Shown one piece after another: positions 14,144-23,924 of a DNA stretch of 64,000 bases (its first letter is position 1; each line of letters begins with the position of its first letter). This stretch comes from an uncultured Candidatus Rokubacteria bacterium (GTDB taxonomy: Bacteria; Methylomirabilota; Methylomirabilia; Rokubacteriales; CSP1-6), in NCBI GenBank assembly GCA_963754315.1, contig CAVWFS010000018.1, forward strand, positions 704,001-768,000. The letters are read 5' to 3'. Under the pieces are notes generated by a model. That model ran no database searches. It worked only from the letters and a program-made list of their open reading frames with translations, and was not told the origin of the DNA. Position numbers and translations under genes: made by a program.

Positions 14144-15417
14144 AGGTGCTCCTCGTCGGCGGTGGAGGGCGTGAAGATGCTCTGGCTTGGAAGATAGCCC
14201 AAAGCCCTTGCGTAGACACCCTCTATGCGGCGCCGGGCAACCCCGGCATAGCCCGCCACGCGCACTGCGTGATGATCGCGGCGGATGCCGTTCAAGATCT
14301 GCTGCACTTCGCGCAGAGGGAGCGGGTCGATTTGACCGTGGTCGGACCCGAGGCGCCGCTCGTGGCCGGTCTGACCGACCGGTTCGCGACCGAGGCCTTC
14401 ACCGTCTTTGGGCCGGTCGGCCGGGCCGCTCGGCTCGAGGGCTCCAAGGTCTACGCAAAGCGGCTCATGGCCGCGCGGCGAATTCCCACGGCGCGCTTCG
14501 GGGCTTTCGAGAATCCTGAGGAGGCGCGCCGTTTTTGTCGCGAGCTGGGGGCGCCCGTGGTGGTCAAGGCTGATGGCTTGGCGGCGGGAAAGGGGGCCTT
14601 GGTCTGCACCACTCTGGACGAGGCAAGTGAGGCGGTGGCCGCCTGCATGGAGAAACGCGTCTTCGGTGAGGCTGGCGCGGCGGTCGTGGTCGAGGAATTC
14701 CTCCGGGGAGAAGAGGTCTCGTTTCACGTGATCACCAATGGACGGGAGGTTCTTCCTCTGGCTAGCGCCCAGGATCACAAGACGATCTTCGACGGCGACC
14801 GAGGACCCAACACGGGCGGTATGGGCAGCTACTCTCCCTTCGCGCCCATGGGTGGCGCCCTCGAGGCCCGGATCATCACCGATATCGTTCAGCCGATTTT
14901 CGCCGCCCTCTCCGAGGAGGGGGCTGTATATCGCGGGGTGCTCTACGTCGGACTCATGCTCACCGCGGACGGGCCCAAGGTCGTAGAATTCAACTGCCGG
15001 TTCGGCGATCCGGAGTGTCAGGCGATCCTGGTCCGCGCCGAGGGCGACCTCGTCCCCCTTCTTCTCGCAGCGGCCCGCGGGGAGCCATTGCCCAAGGATA
15101 TCAACTGGGCGGGAAACGCGGCCGCGTGCGTCACGCTTGCGTCCCCCGGCTATCCCGGTCCGTGCCCCACTGGTCTGCCGATCAGCGGTCTGGATAAGGC
15201 GGAGAGCCGGCCCGGGGTTCGGGTCTTCCACGCAGGAACCGCGGAGCGAGATGGTCGGTTGGTCACGGCCGGAGGGAGAGTGTTGAATGTCACCGCCGTG
15301 GCGCCTAGGCTCGACGAGGCCATTTCGAGAGCGTACGCTGCCGTCGGCGACATCCGCTTCGAGGGGATGCAGTATCGGAGGGATATCGGACGCCGTGCGG
15401 GTCGAGGCGACCCCTGA
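14140..15417 (+). CDS. purD: Phosphoribosylamine-glycine ligase (GAR synthetase)
   Basis: [46 protein letters not shown]. Confidence 0.97.
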   Translation: MKVLLVGGGGREDALAWKIAQSPCVDTLYAAPGNPGIARHAHCVMIAADAVQDLLHFAQRERVDLTVVGPEAPLVAGLTDRFATEAFTVFGPVGRAARLEGSKVYAKRLMAARRIPTARFGAFENPEEARRFCRELGAPVVVKADGLAAGKGALVCTTLDEASEAVAACMEKRVFGEAGAAVVVEEFLRGEEVSFHVITNGREVLPLASAQDHKTIFDGDRGPNTGGMGSYSPFAPMGGALEARIITDIVQPIFAALSEEGAVYRGVLYVGLMLTADGPKVVEFNCRFGDPECQAILVRAEGDLVPLLLAAARGEPLPKDINWAGNAAACVTLASPGYPGPCPTGLPISGLDKAESRPGVRVFHAGTAERDGRLVTAGGRVLNVTAVAPRLDEAISRAYAAVGDIRFEGMQYRRDIGRRAGRGDP

Positions 15418-16022
15418 CAACCAGAATCCTACCCGCGGACGCCGCGCAGTCACTTCTCGAGAGCATCGCCGAAGCGGCCGCGATCCTCGCGAGGGGTGGC
15501 CTCGTGAGCTTTCCCACGGAGACCTTCTATGGACTCGGGGCCGCCATAGAGTGTGAGGGTGCGGTGGCGAGGATCTTCCGCATCAAGGGCCGCCCCGAGT
15601 CGAAGCCTCTTCTCATCTTGGTCGAGTCCGTGGCCATGGCCGAGGCGGTGGCCGAAGTGTCGTCCGACGCACGAGCCCTCATGATCCGCCACTGGCCGGG
15701 GGCCCTGACGCTTGTCCTGCGAGCGCGCTCGGCCGTGCCCACCCTCGTCACCGCGGGTACCGGGACGGTCGGTGTCCGACACTCGGCCCACCCGGTGGCG
15801 TCGGCGCTCGTCCGGCGTCTTGACTCTCCGGTCACCGCGCCGAGCGCGAACCGTTCCGGGGAAGCGCCACCCACCACAGCCGCCGAGGTCCTACGGGTCT
15901 TCAACGACCAGATCGAGGCTGTCATCGACGGTGGGCGAACCGCAGGTGGTCTGCCTTCGACCGTGCTCGACCTCACGGTGACTCCTCCGTGCGTCCGGCG
16001 TCAGGGAGCGGTGGTCCTGTGA
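15414..16022 (+). CDS. tsaC: L-threonylcarbamoyladenylate synthase (YrdC domain only); probable CTG start
   Basis: FPTETFYGLG, KGRP, WPGALT, TAPSANRSG, PSTVLD; N-terminal helix (SIAEAAAILARGG) lies upstream of first GTG 15504 and reaches CTG 15414 overlapping the purD TGA. Confidence 0.92.
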   Translation: MTTRILPADAAQSLLESIAEAAAILARGGLVSFPTETFYGLGAAIECEGAVARIFRIKGRPESKPLLILVESVAMAEAVAEVSSDARALMIRHWPGALTLVLRARSAVPTLVTAGTGTVGVRHSAHPVASALVRRLDSPVTAPSANRSGEAPPTTAAEVLRVFNDQIEAVIDGGRTAGGLPSTVLDLTVTPPCVRRQGAVVL

Positions 16023-16693
16023 GGATCACCGGCGTCATCCAGGCCGGGGGCCGCAGTACGCGCATGGGGGGCGAACCAAAGGGTCTCATCACGGTGGGCG
16101 GTCGACGCATCATCGAGCGTGTCATACGTGCGGTTGCTCCCGCCGTGGATGATCTGCTGGTCGTGACCAACACTCCAGACCTCTACGCGTTCCTCGGGAT
16201 ACGGATGGTACCCGATGCGTTCCCCGATCACGGCTCCCTTGGTGGCATCTACTCGGGTCTGCAAGCAGCTTCGGGAGAAGCCGCCTTCACGGTGGCCTGC
16301 GACATGCCCTTTGTCTCACCTGCCTTCGTGAGGTTGGTCGTGGCGCGTGCCGGCGAGGCCGATGTGGTGGTCCCTCGTGTCGGCGGCCAGCTCCAGGCGC
16401 TGCATGCCCTGTACGCAAGGGCGTGCCTTCCCTACGTCGAGCAGCGGCTGCGGGCGGGGCGGCTCAAGGTCTCGGGTTTTTTCGAGCATGTACGAGTCCT
16501 CGAAATCGCCGAGGCGGACCTGGCGGGCTTGGATGATCCTATTCGCGGCTTCATGAATGTCAACACCCGGCAGGAGCTCGAGCGCGCCCGCGCCTTGGTC
16601 GATCCTCCAGAGGAAGAGCGTCAATCGTGGCCGCCCCGGCCGGTGGGCAATGACCAGAACAGCGCGCCTCGCGCCGGGATCTCGCCGCGATGA
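16019..16693 (+). CDS. mobA: Molybdenum cofactor guanylyltransferase-like NTP transferase
   Basis: AGGRSTRMGG.PKGL, GSLGGIYSGL, VACDMPF, FMNVNT; GTGA overlap. Confidence 0.88.
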   Translation: MRITGVIQAGGRSTRMGGEPKGLITVGGRRIIERVIRAVAPAVDDLLVVTNTPDLYAFLGIRMVPDAFPDHGSLGGIYSGLQAASGEAAFTVACDMPFVSPAFVRLVVARAGEADVVVPRVGGQLQALHALYARACLPYVEQRLRAGRLKVSGFFEHVRVLEIAEADLAGLDDPIRGFMNVNTRQELERARALVDPPEEERQSWPPRPVGNDQNSAPRAGISPR

Positions 16694-17499
16694 CCGGTCG
16701 GCTGGAGGACATCGGGCTCAGTAGCATGGCCGAGATCAACGTGCTCCCCTCGCGCGTGCGCGATGAGATCTATCTGCGGCTCATTCCCGACCGCCTGCTG
16801 GCGGTCGTCTGCATGGATCGCCAGATGCTGATGGGCAACGCAGGGCACGTCCCGGTACGGATCACGGCGCCGGACGGCTCAGCCTGGGCGCGTGTTGAGC
16901 TATGGGCGAAGCCGGAGGATCGCGACCCGACATTGCTCCTCGATATTGGGATGTCGGCGTTTGCCGTGCCCGAGCTTTCGCTCGTGCAGATCAACGATCC
17001 CTCGGCGCCGCGGTTCGCCATTGACCGCGACGAGGAGGGTCGAGACACCCTGCTCGGCACTGTCTGTCGCAACCAGGTCGAAGAGGGTCGCGCCTTAGCG
17101 GCGGGACTGGCGCCGGGACAGGTGCGACGTGGGCTGCGCATGCTCGGGGCGGTGCTGGAGTCGATGGATGAGTTTTGCCGGCTTCTTGGCTCCGAGTTCT
17201 ACCTGCTGGAGCCACTCTTCTATCATTCCGCCATCCTCTACGAGCGACAGCGCTGCGGCTACTTCATCGGCCGCGAGCGCATGGAGCAGATCCACGCGGG
17301 TTTCCAGCCGGGAGGTGAGCTGCATCGTCGTCTGGACGACTCCTCGCCGTTCCGGGGGGCGGGGCTCGAGCGAACAGCCCGCGGCCGCAGCTGGGCCATC
17401 CACGACGGCATCCTGGGAGATCCCTGGCAAGGCGTGAAGATGTTCCGGGCGCCGCAGGCTCTCTCGCGTATCTCCACATTTCCCGGTGGGGCCTACTAA
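16690..17499 (+). CDS. Conserved hypothetical protein, possibly GNAT-like
   Basis: 269-aa ORF coupled by ATGA overlap; motifs AGLAPGQVRRGLR, EPLFYHSAILYER, GRSWAIHDGIL. Confidence 0.75.
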   Translation: MTGRLEDIGLSSMAEINVLPSRVRDEIYLRLIPDRLLAVVCMDRQMLMGNAGHVPVRITAPDGSAWARVELWAKPEDRDPTLLLDIGMSAFAVPELSLVQINDPSAPRFAIDRDEEGRDTLLGTVCRNQVEEGRALAAGLAPGQVRRGLRMLGAVLESMDEFCRLLGSEFYLLEPLFYHSAILYERQRCGYFIGRERMEQIHAGFQPGGELHRRLDDSSPFRGAGLERTARGRSWAIHDGILGDPWQGVKMFRAPQALSRISTFPGGAY

Positions 17500-17522
17500 T
17501 CCAGGACAAGACGGGGACAGCC

Positions 17523-18723
17523 ATCGCACGCCTCGGACCGCGTCGCTATCGTCCACTACGCGGAGATCAGCCTGAAAGGGGGCAATCGGCCCCTGTTCCT
17601 GCGCCAGCTTCGTCAGAACGTGGAGCGCGCTATCGCCGACCTCGGAGCCACCACCGTCCGCCGGCTTCCGGGACGCCTGGTCGTCGACCTCGATGGTAAC
17701 GCCGACCCGGGGGCAGTGCGGGACCGCATCGCGCGGGTGTGCGGGGTGGCCAGTGTGAGCCTGGGTCTCCGTGCCGGGGCGTCTGCCGACGCCATGAAGG
17801 AGGCCGTGGCCTCCCTGGTAGACGGACGTGAATTCGCCTCGTTCCGCATTACTGCCCGTCGCGCCTTCAAGACATATCCGCGGACCAGCGTGGAGCTCAA
17901 CCGCGAGCTGGGGGCGTTCGTCCTCACGCGCGCGCGCACCCGGGTGGATCTGCGCGACCCTGCGCTGAACATCCATGTGGAGGTTCTGCCGAGCGAGGCC
18001 TTCGTATACACCGATCGTTTTCCGGGGCCTGGCGGCCTGCCCGTGGGGGTCAGCGGGCTGGTGACTGCACTGCTCTCGGGCGGGATCGATTCTCCGGTGG
18101 CGGCGTGGCGAATGATCAAGCGGGGTTGTCGCGTGACCTTCGTGCACTTTCACAGCGTGCCGTATCTCCCGGCGACGTCGCAGGACAAGGCCCGTGCCCT
18201 CGTGGAACGGTTGAGCGAGTGGCAGTACGCGTCGTGCCTGAGTCTGGTCCCGTTCGGCGAGATCCAGCGCGAAGTGGTGCTGAGCGTGCCTCCTCCCTTG
18301 CGGGTGGTGGTCTACCGCCGGCTGATGATTCGCATCGCCGAGGCCCTCGGGCGTGAGGTCGGCGCGCAGGCCATGGTAAGCGGGGAGAGCCTCGGCCAGG
18401 TGGCCTCCCAGACGCTCACCAACATCGCCCGTATCGACGAGGCCGCCGCCATGCCCATCCTGCGACCGCTTGTCGGCACCGATAAGCTCGAGATCGTGGC
18501 GGAGGCGAAGCGGCTGGGCACCTACGAGATTTCGATCGAGCCCGACCTCGATTGCTGCACGCTGTTCACCCCAAAGCATCCGGCCACAGGGGTCGGCGCC
18601 AGAGAGCTCGCGCGAGCCGAAGAGCGTCTCGACATGCCACGCCTGATCGGCCTCGGCTGTGCGGGTGTGGTCCATGAGCGCTTCGCCTTCCCGGCCCGGC
18701 AGGCAGCGCTCCCCCCAGGCTGA
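17523..18723 (+). CDS. thiI: tRNA 4-thiouridine synthase ThiI (no rhodanese domain); start codon appears damaged
   Basis: [12 protein letters not shown] upstream of the ORF-track start, THUMP domain, PP-loop [25 protein letters not shown]. Confidence 0.93.
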
Positions 18724-18730
18724 GCAGTCC

Positions 18731-18747
18731 CCACCACTTGGTGGTGG
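18731..18747. repeat. Perfect 7-bp inverted repeat CCACCAC-TTG-GTGGTGG between thiI and the glyA promoter (terminator stem or operator)
   Basis: Read directly; ends 1 nt before the TTGACA box. Confidence 0.55.
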
Positions 18748-18748
18748 C

Positions 18749-18778
18749 TTGACACTGAAGAGCCCCTACCAGTATGGT
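18749..18778 (+). promoter_or_regulatory. Sigma70-type promoter for glyA (TTGACA-18 nt-TATGGT), leaderless
   Basis: Consensus -35 at 18749, TAnnnT -10 at 18773, ATG 6 nt later, no SD. Confidence 0.7.
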
Positions 18779-18784
18779 CGGACC

Positions 18785-20026
18785 ATGACTCGCCTCAGCG
18801 AAGTCGATCCCGAAATTGCCAAGGCCATCGAGGACGAGACCCACCGCCAGAATCGCAACCTGGAACTCATCGCGTCGGAGAACTTCGTCTCGGAGGCAAT
18901 CCTGAACGCGGTCGGCTCCGTCCTCACCAACAAGTACGCCGAGGGGTACCCGGGCCGACGCTACTACGGTGGGTGCGAGGTGGTGGACGTGGTGGAGGAA
19001 CTGGCCATCGCCCGCGCCAAGGAGCTGTTCGGCGCCGAGCACGTGAACGTGCAGCCTCACTCCGGGGCCCAGGCGAACATGGCGGTGTACTTCACGGTGC
19101 TGAAGCCGGGCGAGGTGGTCCTCGGACCTAACCTAGCCCATGGCGGACATCTCACGGCGGGAAGTCCCGTCAACTATTCGGGTAAGCTCTATTCGATCGT
19201 GGCCTACGGCGTTCGGCGCGATACCGAGCGTATCGACCTCGATGAGGTACGCGACCTCGCCCGGCAGCATCATCCCCGCCTCATCATCGCGGGCGGTTCA
19301 GCGTTTCCCCGGGCCATCGACTTTGCTCCCTTCGCCGAGATCGCCCACGAGGTGGGGGCGACCCTCATGGCCGACATCGCGCATCCGGCGGGACTGGTGG
19401 CGGCGGGCCTGCATCCCTCGCCGGTAGGGCTTGCTGACTTCGTTACCACCACCACTCATAAGACCTTGCGCGGTCCGCGTGGTGGCATGGTGATGTGCCG
19501 AGCTCACCATGCGGCGGCGCTCGACCGCACGGTGATGCCCGGTGTTCAGGGAGGGCCCCTCATGCACGTGATTGCCGGCAAGGCGGTGGCCTTGCGCGAG
19601 GCGCTCACGCCTGAGTGGAAGGCGTATCAGCAGCAGGTGGTGGCCAACGCACGCGCCCTGGCCGAGGCCCTCCTGGGGCGGGGCTATCGCCTCGTTACGG
19701 GTGGCACTGACACGCACCTGGTGCTCGTGGATCTGACCGAGCGCGGGATCACCGGCAAGGATGCTCAGGAAGCGCTCGACCGGGCCTGGATCACGGTGAA
19801 CAAGAACACGGTCCCCTTCGACACGCGCGGGCCCATGGTGACGAGCGGGGTACGTCTCGGTACTCCGGCCGTGACCACGCGCGGCATGCGCGCGACAGAA
19901 ATGCAACTGATTGCGACCCTCATCGACCGCGTGCTGAGCCACCTCGGCTCGGCGAGCGCCGAAGCAGCCGTGCGCGGCGAGGTTCAAGGTCTCACGGGGA
20001 GCTTTCCGCTCTATCGCGTCGGCTAG
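18785..20026 (+). CDS. glyA: Serine hydroxymethyltransferase
   Basis: [38 protein letters not shown] (PLP Lys). Confidence 0.98.
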   Translation: MTRLSEVDPEIAKAIEDETHRQNRNLELIASENFVSEAILNAVGSVLTNKYAEGYPGRRYYGGCEVVDVVEELAIARAKELFGAEHVNVQPHSGAQANMAVYFTVLKPGEVVLGPNLAHGGHLTAGSPVNYSGKLYSIVAYGVRRDTERIDLDEVRDLARQHHPRLIIAGGSAFPRAIDFAPFAEIAHEVGATLMADIAHPAGLVAAGLHPSPVGLADFVTTTTHKTLRGPRGGMVMCRAHHAAALDRTVMPGVQGGPLMHVIAGKAVALREALTPEWKAYQQQVVANARALAEALLGRGYRLVTGGTDTHLVLVDLTERGITGKDAQEALDRAWITVNKNTVPFDTRGPMVTSGVRLGTPAVTTRGMRATEMQLIATLIDRVLSHLGSASAEAAVRGEVQGLTGSFPLYRVG

Positions 20027-20046
20027 GGGGAGGGGGTGGGAGCGCC

Positions 20047-20547
20047 ATGAAGTGTCCCTTCTGCGGCCACACCGAGGATAGGGTCGTGGACTCGCGCGTC
20101 GGCCGGGACGGTGAGTTCATCCGGCGGCGTCGGGCCTGTCTCAAGTGCCACCGCCGATACACGACATACGAGTACATCGAGGACGTTCTCCCCCACGTGG
20201 TGAAGCGCGATGGGCGCCGGGAGCCCTTCGACCACCAAAAGCTCCGCGGATCGATTCTGAAGGCATGTCAGAAGCAATCGGTGGCGTTGCAGGCAGTGGA
20301 CGACATCGTGGCCGACATCGAGGCCAAGCTTCACGATCGGGCCGACAAGGAGATTCCCAGCCGGGATCTTGGCGAACTGGTCATGGAGCGACTGCAGCGG
20401 CTGGACCAGGTTGCCTACGTACGCTTCGCGTCCGTCTACCGGCAGTTCAAGGACCCGTCGCAGTTCATGGAAGAGCTAAAGGATCTCCTCAAGGAGGACA
20501 AGGGCAAGCCGCCACCCCGACCGCGGACGCTCGCCAAGACCCGTTAG
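20047..20547 (+). CDS. nrdR: Transcriptional repressor NrdR
   Basis: MKCPFC...VVDSR...IRRRRACLKC zinc ribbon, ATP cone, VAYVRFASVY. Confidence 0.97.
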   Translation: MKCPFCGHTEDRVVDSRVGRDGEFIRRRRACLKCHRRYTTYEYIEDVLPHVVKRDGRREPFDHQKLRGSILKACQKQSVALQAVDDIVADIEAKLHDRADKEIPSRDLGELVMERLQRLDQVAYVRFASVYRQFKDPSQFMEELKDLLKEDKGKPPPRPRTLAKTR

Positions 20548-21230
20548 CACTCCGGCCGGGGCTCCTCCACCGAGGCAGGCCGGCGATGCCGTCGGCGCCG
20601 CACGAACTCCTCGTTGAGCGGGACGCCCTTCTTGCACAGAGCGCACGCCTCCGGTGGGTAGGTCGGGAAATCCCGGCTGACCAGGCTGAAGACTGGCGTA
20701 TCCCCGACCTCGACAGAGGTCCGGCGCCAGAGGCAACCGATCCCGGCGACCTGTCCTCCGTGCCGCTCGACCAGGTGAACGAGGAGCTTCAGGGTCGAGC
20801 CCGACGAGACCAGATCCTCCACGAGCAGCACCTTGGTGCCCTCGCGAATGAGTCTTCGGAATTCCGCGGGTAAGCTGACGCGCCGCTTGCCGCCGACTAC
20901 TCGCTTGAGCCCGTACACCACGATAGGGCGGGAAGGATGTGCCCGCGCCACGCAGTGCGAAAGGATCAGCGCGCCCTGACCAGTGGAGAGCACGAGGTCA
21001 ATGGGCCAGGGGGCAAAGTGCTTCGCGATCACGGCGCCGAGCCCCTCGGTGAACGAGGGTTCGGTCGTCACCAGGGTCTTCTCGATGAACTCACTGGTGT
21101 GATGGCCGGAGGGAAGCAACACATGATCGTTGGCGTGGTACGCACCGGTCCGCTTGAGGATTTCCAGGTGGATCTTCTCGCGGACCTCGGCCTCCACCGC
21201 CATGGGATCTTGTCTGGGAGCGGTCGGCAT
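20544..21230 (-). CDS. Type I phosphoribosyltransferase, orotate PRTase-like
   Basis: LPSGHHT, PRPP-binding VLLVEDLVSSGST, C-terminal YPPEACALC; AAGGAG SD upstream. Confidence 0.75.
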   Translation of the reverse strand: MPTAPRQDPMAVEAEVREKIHLEILKRTGAYHANDHVLLPSGHHTSEFIEKTLVTTEPSFTEGLGAVIAKHFAPWPIDLVLSTGQGALILSHCVARAHPSRPIVVYGLKRVVGGKRRVSLPAEFRRLIREGTKVLLVEDLVSSGSTLKLLVHLVERHGGQVAGIGCLWRRTSVEVGDTPVFSLVSRDFPTYPPEACALCKKGVPLNEEFVRRRRHRRPASVEEPRPEC

Positions 21231-21305
21231 CCAGGGTCTCCTTCGCCAGCCATTATCGCATGCGGGGTGGGGGTCGTGCCCGGCTGCGTGCTACACTGGC
21301 CGGGC

Positions 21306-21980
21306 ATGCGCGTGCTCGCCCTGGACACCTCGACGTTGGCGGGAAGCGTCGCGCTCGTCGAAGGCGATCGCACCGTGGCGGAGTCCTTGCTCGACATCCG
21401 ATTGACGCACTCCGAGCGACTGATGCCGGCCGTGGACCAGCTCCTGCGCGAAGCTGGCTGGCGGCCAGGCGACCTGGAGGGCGTGGCGGTGGCCACGGGT
21501 CCGGGATCCTTCACGGGGCTCCGCATCGGGGTGAGCGCCGCCAAGGGTTTGGCCCTCGCGTTGTCGATTCCCCTGGCGGTCGTGCCCACCCTCGACGCGA
21601 TGGCGGCCGCGCTGCCCTTCGCCGAATGGCCGGTATGCCCTGTGCTCGTCGCGCGCCGAGACGAGGTATACGTAAGCCTCTATCGGTGGGACGGGACGGC
21701 CATGCGGCGCGAGTGGGACTACCTGGCCTTGTCTCCCCATGCAGTAGGCGAGCGTCTTCAGGAACGCGTGATCCTCACCGGGGACGGGGCGACGCGAATC
21801 ACGTCGCCCTTGGCCCTGCTGGCGCCGCGCTGGCGGTGGAGCCCGTCGGCAGCCATCGTGGGGCACCTGGGTGCACAGCGCTTGCGAGCGGGGGAAAGCG
21901 TGGGGGCGGCCGAACTGGTACCCCTCTACGTTCGCCCGTCGCAAGCCGAGCTGACCCGCCGTGCCGTTGCGATCTCTTGA
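21306..21980 (+). CDS. tsaB: tRNA threonylcarbamoyladenosine biosynthesis protein TsaB
   Basis: MRVLALDTST, HSERLMP, GPGSFTGLRIG, PLYVR. Confidence 0.95.
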   Translation: MRVLALDTSTLAGSVALVEGDRTVAESLLDIRLTHSERLMPAVDQLLREAGWRPGDLEGVAVATGPGSFTGLRIGVSAAKGLALALSIPLAVVPTLDAMAAALPFAEWPVCPVLVARRDEVYVSLYRWDGTAMRREWDYLALSPHAVGERLQERVILTGDGATRITSPLALLAPRWRWSPSAAIVGHLGAQRLRAGESVGAAELVPLYVRPSQAELTRRAVAIS

Positions 21981-22443
21981 ACCGATGCGCGTGGGGGACC
22001 TCGATGAGGTCCTCGAGATCGAGCGGGCATCGTTCGGCATGCCGTGGTCGCGCGGGGCCTTCGTCTACGAGATCGAGCGCAATCGGGTGGCGCGCTGCTG
22101 GGTCATGCGAGAGGACGGTCAGGTGGTCGGCTACCTGTGCCTGTGGGAGATCGCGGACGAATTGCACATCACCAACATCGCTGTGCATCCCATACACCGC
22201 CGGCGAGGCATTGCCCGGACTCTGCTGGCCAGCGTCTTGGAGGGGGCTCGTCAGCGATCGCCGTCCGTGGTCGCCCTCGAGGTGCGTCCCACGAACGTGG
22301 AGGCGCGCACTCTCTACGAGTCGTTCGGGTTTCGCGTGATCGGCCGACGTCGCGGCTATTACTATGATACCGGCGAGGATGCGCTGATTATGGAAGCCCG
22401 CCTCCCCGTGGCCGCATCGTCGGGGAGGGAGCGGGAACATTAA
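21961..22443 (+). CDS. rimI: Ribosomal protein S18 alanine N-acetyltransferase
   Basis: PWSR, ELHITNIAVHP..RRRGIA, LEVRPTN, YY.DTGEDALIM; follows tsaB. Confidence 0.92.
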   Translation: MPLRSLEPMRVGDLDEVLEIERASFGMPWSRGAFVYEIERNRVARCWVMREDGQVVGYLCLWEIADELHITNIAVHPIHRRRGIARTLLASVLEGARQRSPSVVALEVRPTNVEARTLYESFGFRVIGRRRGYYYDTGEDALIMEARLPVAASSGREREH

Positions 22444-22471
22444 GACACGTTTTGCCGTTGGTGCGGAATAC

Positions 22472-23386
22472 GTGTACACGCGACGACCGCCGGTGCGATT
22501 CGCCTGGCACGTGGCCGTGCTCACCTCGACGCTGATGGTCGTGCTTACTTCGTGGGGTTACGCCGCCACCCCAGAGGAGGTGGCCCACGGTAAGTACGTC
22601 TTCGGCGCCGCCGGGGGATGCGGATGCCATACGGAGAAGGACAGGCCCGTCAACAGCGGTGGCCGGCGCTACGACGGCCCGTTCGGCACCGTGTTCTCCA
22701 CCAATATCACTCCCGACACGAAGAGCGGGATCGGCGGCTGGACCGACACCCAGATCATCGAGGCGATTCGATCGGGCCGCCGGCCGAACGGTGAGCGCCT
22801 CATTCCAGTCCACCCCTACACCGTCTTCAATGGCATGGCCGAGGCCGACCTCAAGGCCATGGTGGCCTACCTGCGCTCGCTGCCTGCGGTCAACCGTCCG
22901 AACCAACCCAAGAAGATCACGGTCCCCCTCTTCGAGACGGTTTTCCTCCCGGCCTGGCTGGCCGCCTTCTCGCCTCGCGAGACGCCGCCGGCGACCGCAC
23001 CGGCCTCGGGAGTTGCCCGTGGTGAGTACCTGGTGCGTGCGATCAGCCACTGCGGCGAGTGCCACACGCCCCGCACTGTGACCCAGGCCGTGGACAACAC
23101 CCGCTTTCTGGCCGGCAACCCGCGCGGGCCAGAGAACTCCGTCGTATCCAACATCACCCCCGACAAGACCACCGGCATCGGCGGCTGGTCGGAGGAGGAC
23201 CTTGCCGAGTACCTCGCGACCGGTAACAAACCCGACGGGGACGTGTCCAGCGGGCTGATGGAAGAGGTCATCCACGGCACCACGGCCGGCTACAAGGACA
23301 TGACCAAGGCCGACCGGCTCGCGATCGCCCGCTACCTGAAGTCGATTCCGCCGATTCAGAACAAGGTCCGGAAGCCGTCGTCATAA
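22472..23386 (+). CDS. Exported diheme c-type cytochrome (first motif CxCH, second CxxCH)
   Basis: Signal peptide; duplicated GxY...heme motif...NITPD..GIGGW repeats; CGCH and CGECH. Confidence 0.85.
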   Translation: MYTRRPPVRFAWHVAVLTSTLMVVLTSWGYAATPEEVAHGKYVFGAAGGCGCHTEKDRPVNSGGRRYDGPFGTVFSTNITPDTKSGIGGWTDTQIIEAIRSGRRPNGERLIPVHPYTVFNGMAEADLKAMVAYLRSLPAVNRPNQPKKITVPLFETVFLPAWLAAFSPRETPPATAPASGVARGEYLVRAISHCGECHTPRTVTQAVDNTRFLAGNPRGPENSVVSNITPDKTTGIGGWSEEDLAEYLATGNKPDGDVSSGLMEEVIHGTTAGYKDMTKADRLAIARYLKSIPPIQNKVRKPSS

Positions 23387-23406
23387 CCCACTCGAGGGAG
23401 GAAATC

Positions 23407-23892
23407 ATGAGCGAGAGCAGGCACGGACGGCGTCGCATCGTACTCGGAAGTCTGGCCATCGTTGCGCTGGCGGGATGCGCGAGCATGGAGGAACCGAAGC
23501 GGATGACGACGGCGCAGGTCATTGCGGAGCGGCAGGAGTTGATGAAGTCTCAGGGGGCGACCTGGCGGTCGATTCAGGAGAAGGAGAAGGCCGGGCAGAT
23601 CGGGGCGATCGCCGCCGAAGCCGACGCCCTGGCCAAGAGCGCGACCAAGATCGACGCGCTCTTCCCGCCCGGTTCGCTTGACCCGGCAACCTCCCGCGCC
23701 AAGCCGGAGATCTGGCAGAAGTGGCCGGAATTCCAGGGGCTCTCCAAGGGCCTGGAGGCGAAGGCGAACGCGCTGGCCGCCACCGCCCGCACCGGTAACG
23801 CGCAGGCCACAAGCGCCGCCGTCACCGAATTCGGCAAGACGGCGTGTGGGGCCTGCCACACCCCGTTCCGCGGCCCCGAGATCAAGAAATAG
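23407..23892 (+). CDS. Class II cytochrome c (cytochrome c'/c556-like) lipoprotein
   Basis: Lipobox LAGC, RQELMK, LFPPGS, AKPEIW, C-terminal CGACH; GAGGGAGG SD. Confidence 0.88.
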   Translation: MSESRHGRRRIVLGSLAIVALAGCASMEEPKRMTTAQVIAERQELMKSQGATWRSIQEKEKAGQIGAIAAEADALAKSATKIDALFPPGSLDPATSRAKPEIWQKWPEFQGLSKGLEAKANALAATARTGNAQATSAAVTEFGKTACGACHTPFRGPEIKK

Positions 23893-23924
23893 GGGCCCCG
23901 GGCGATACAAGGAGAATCCGGAAA

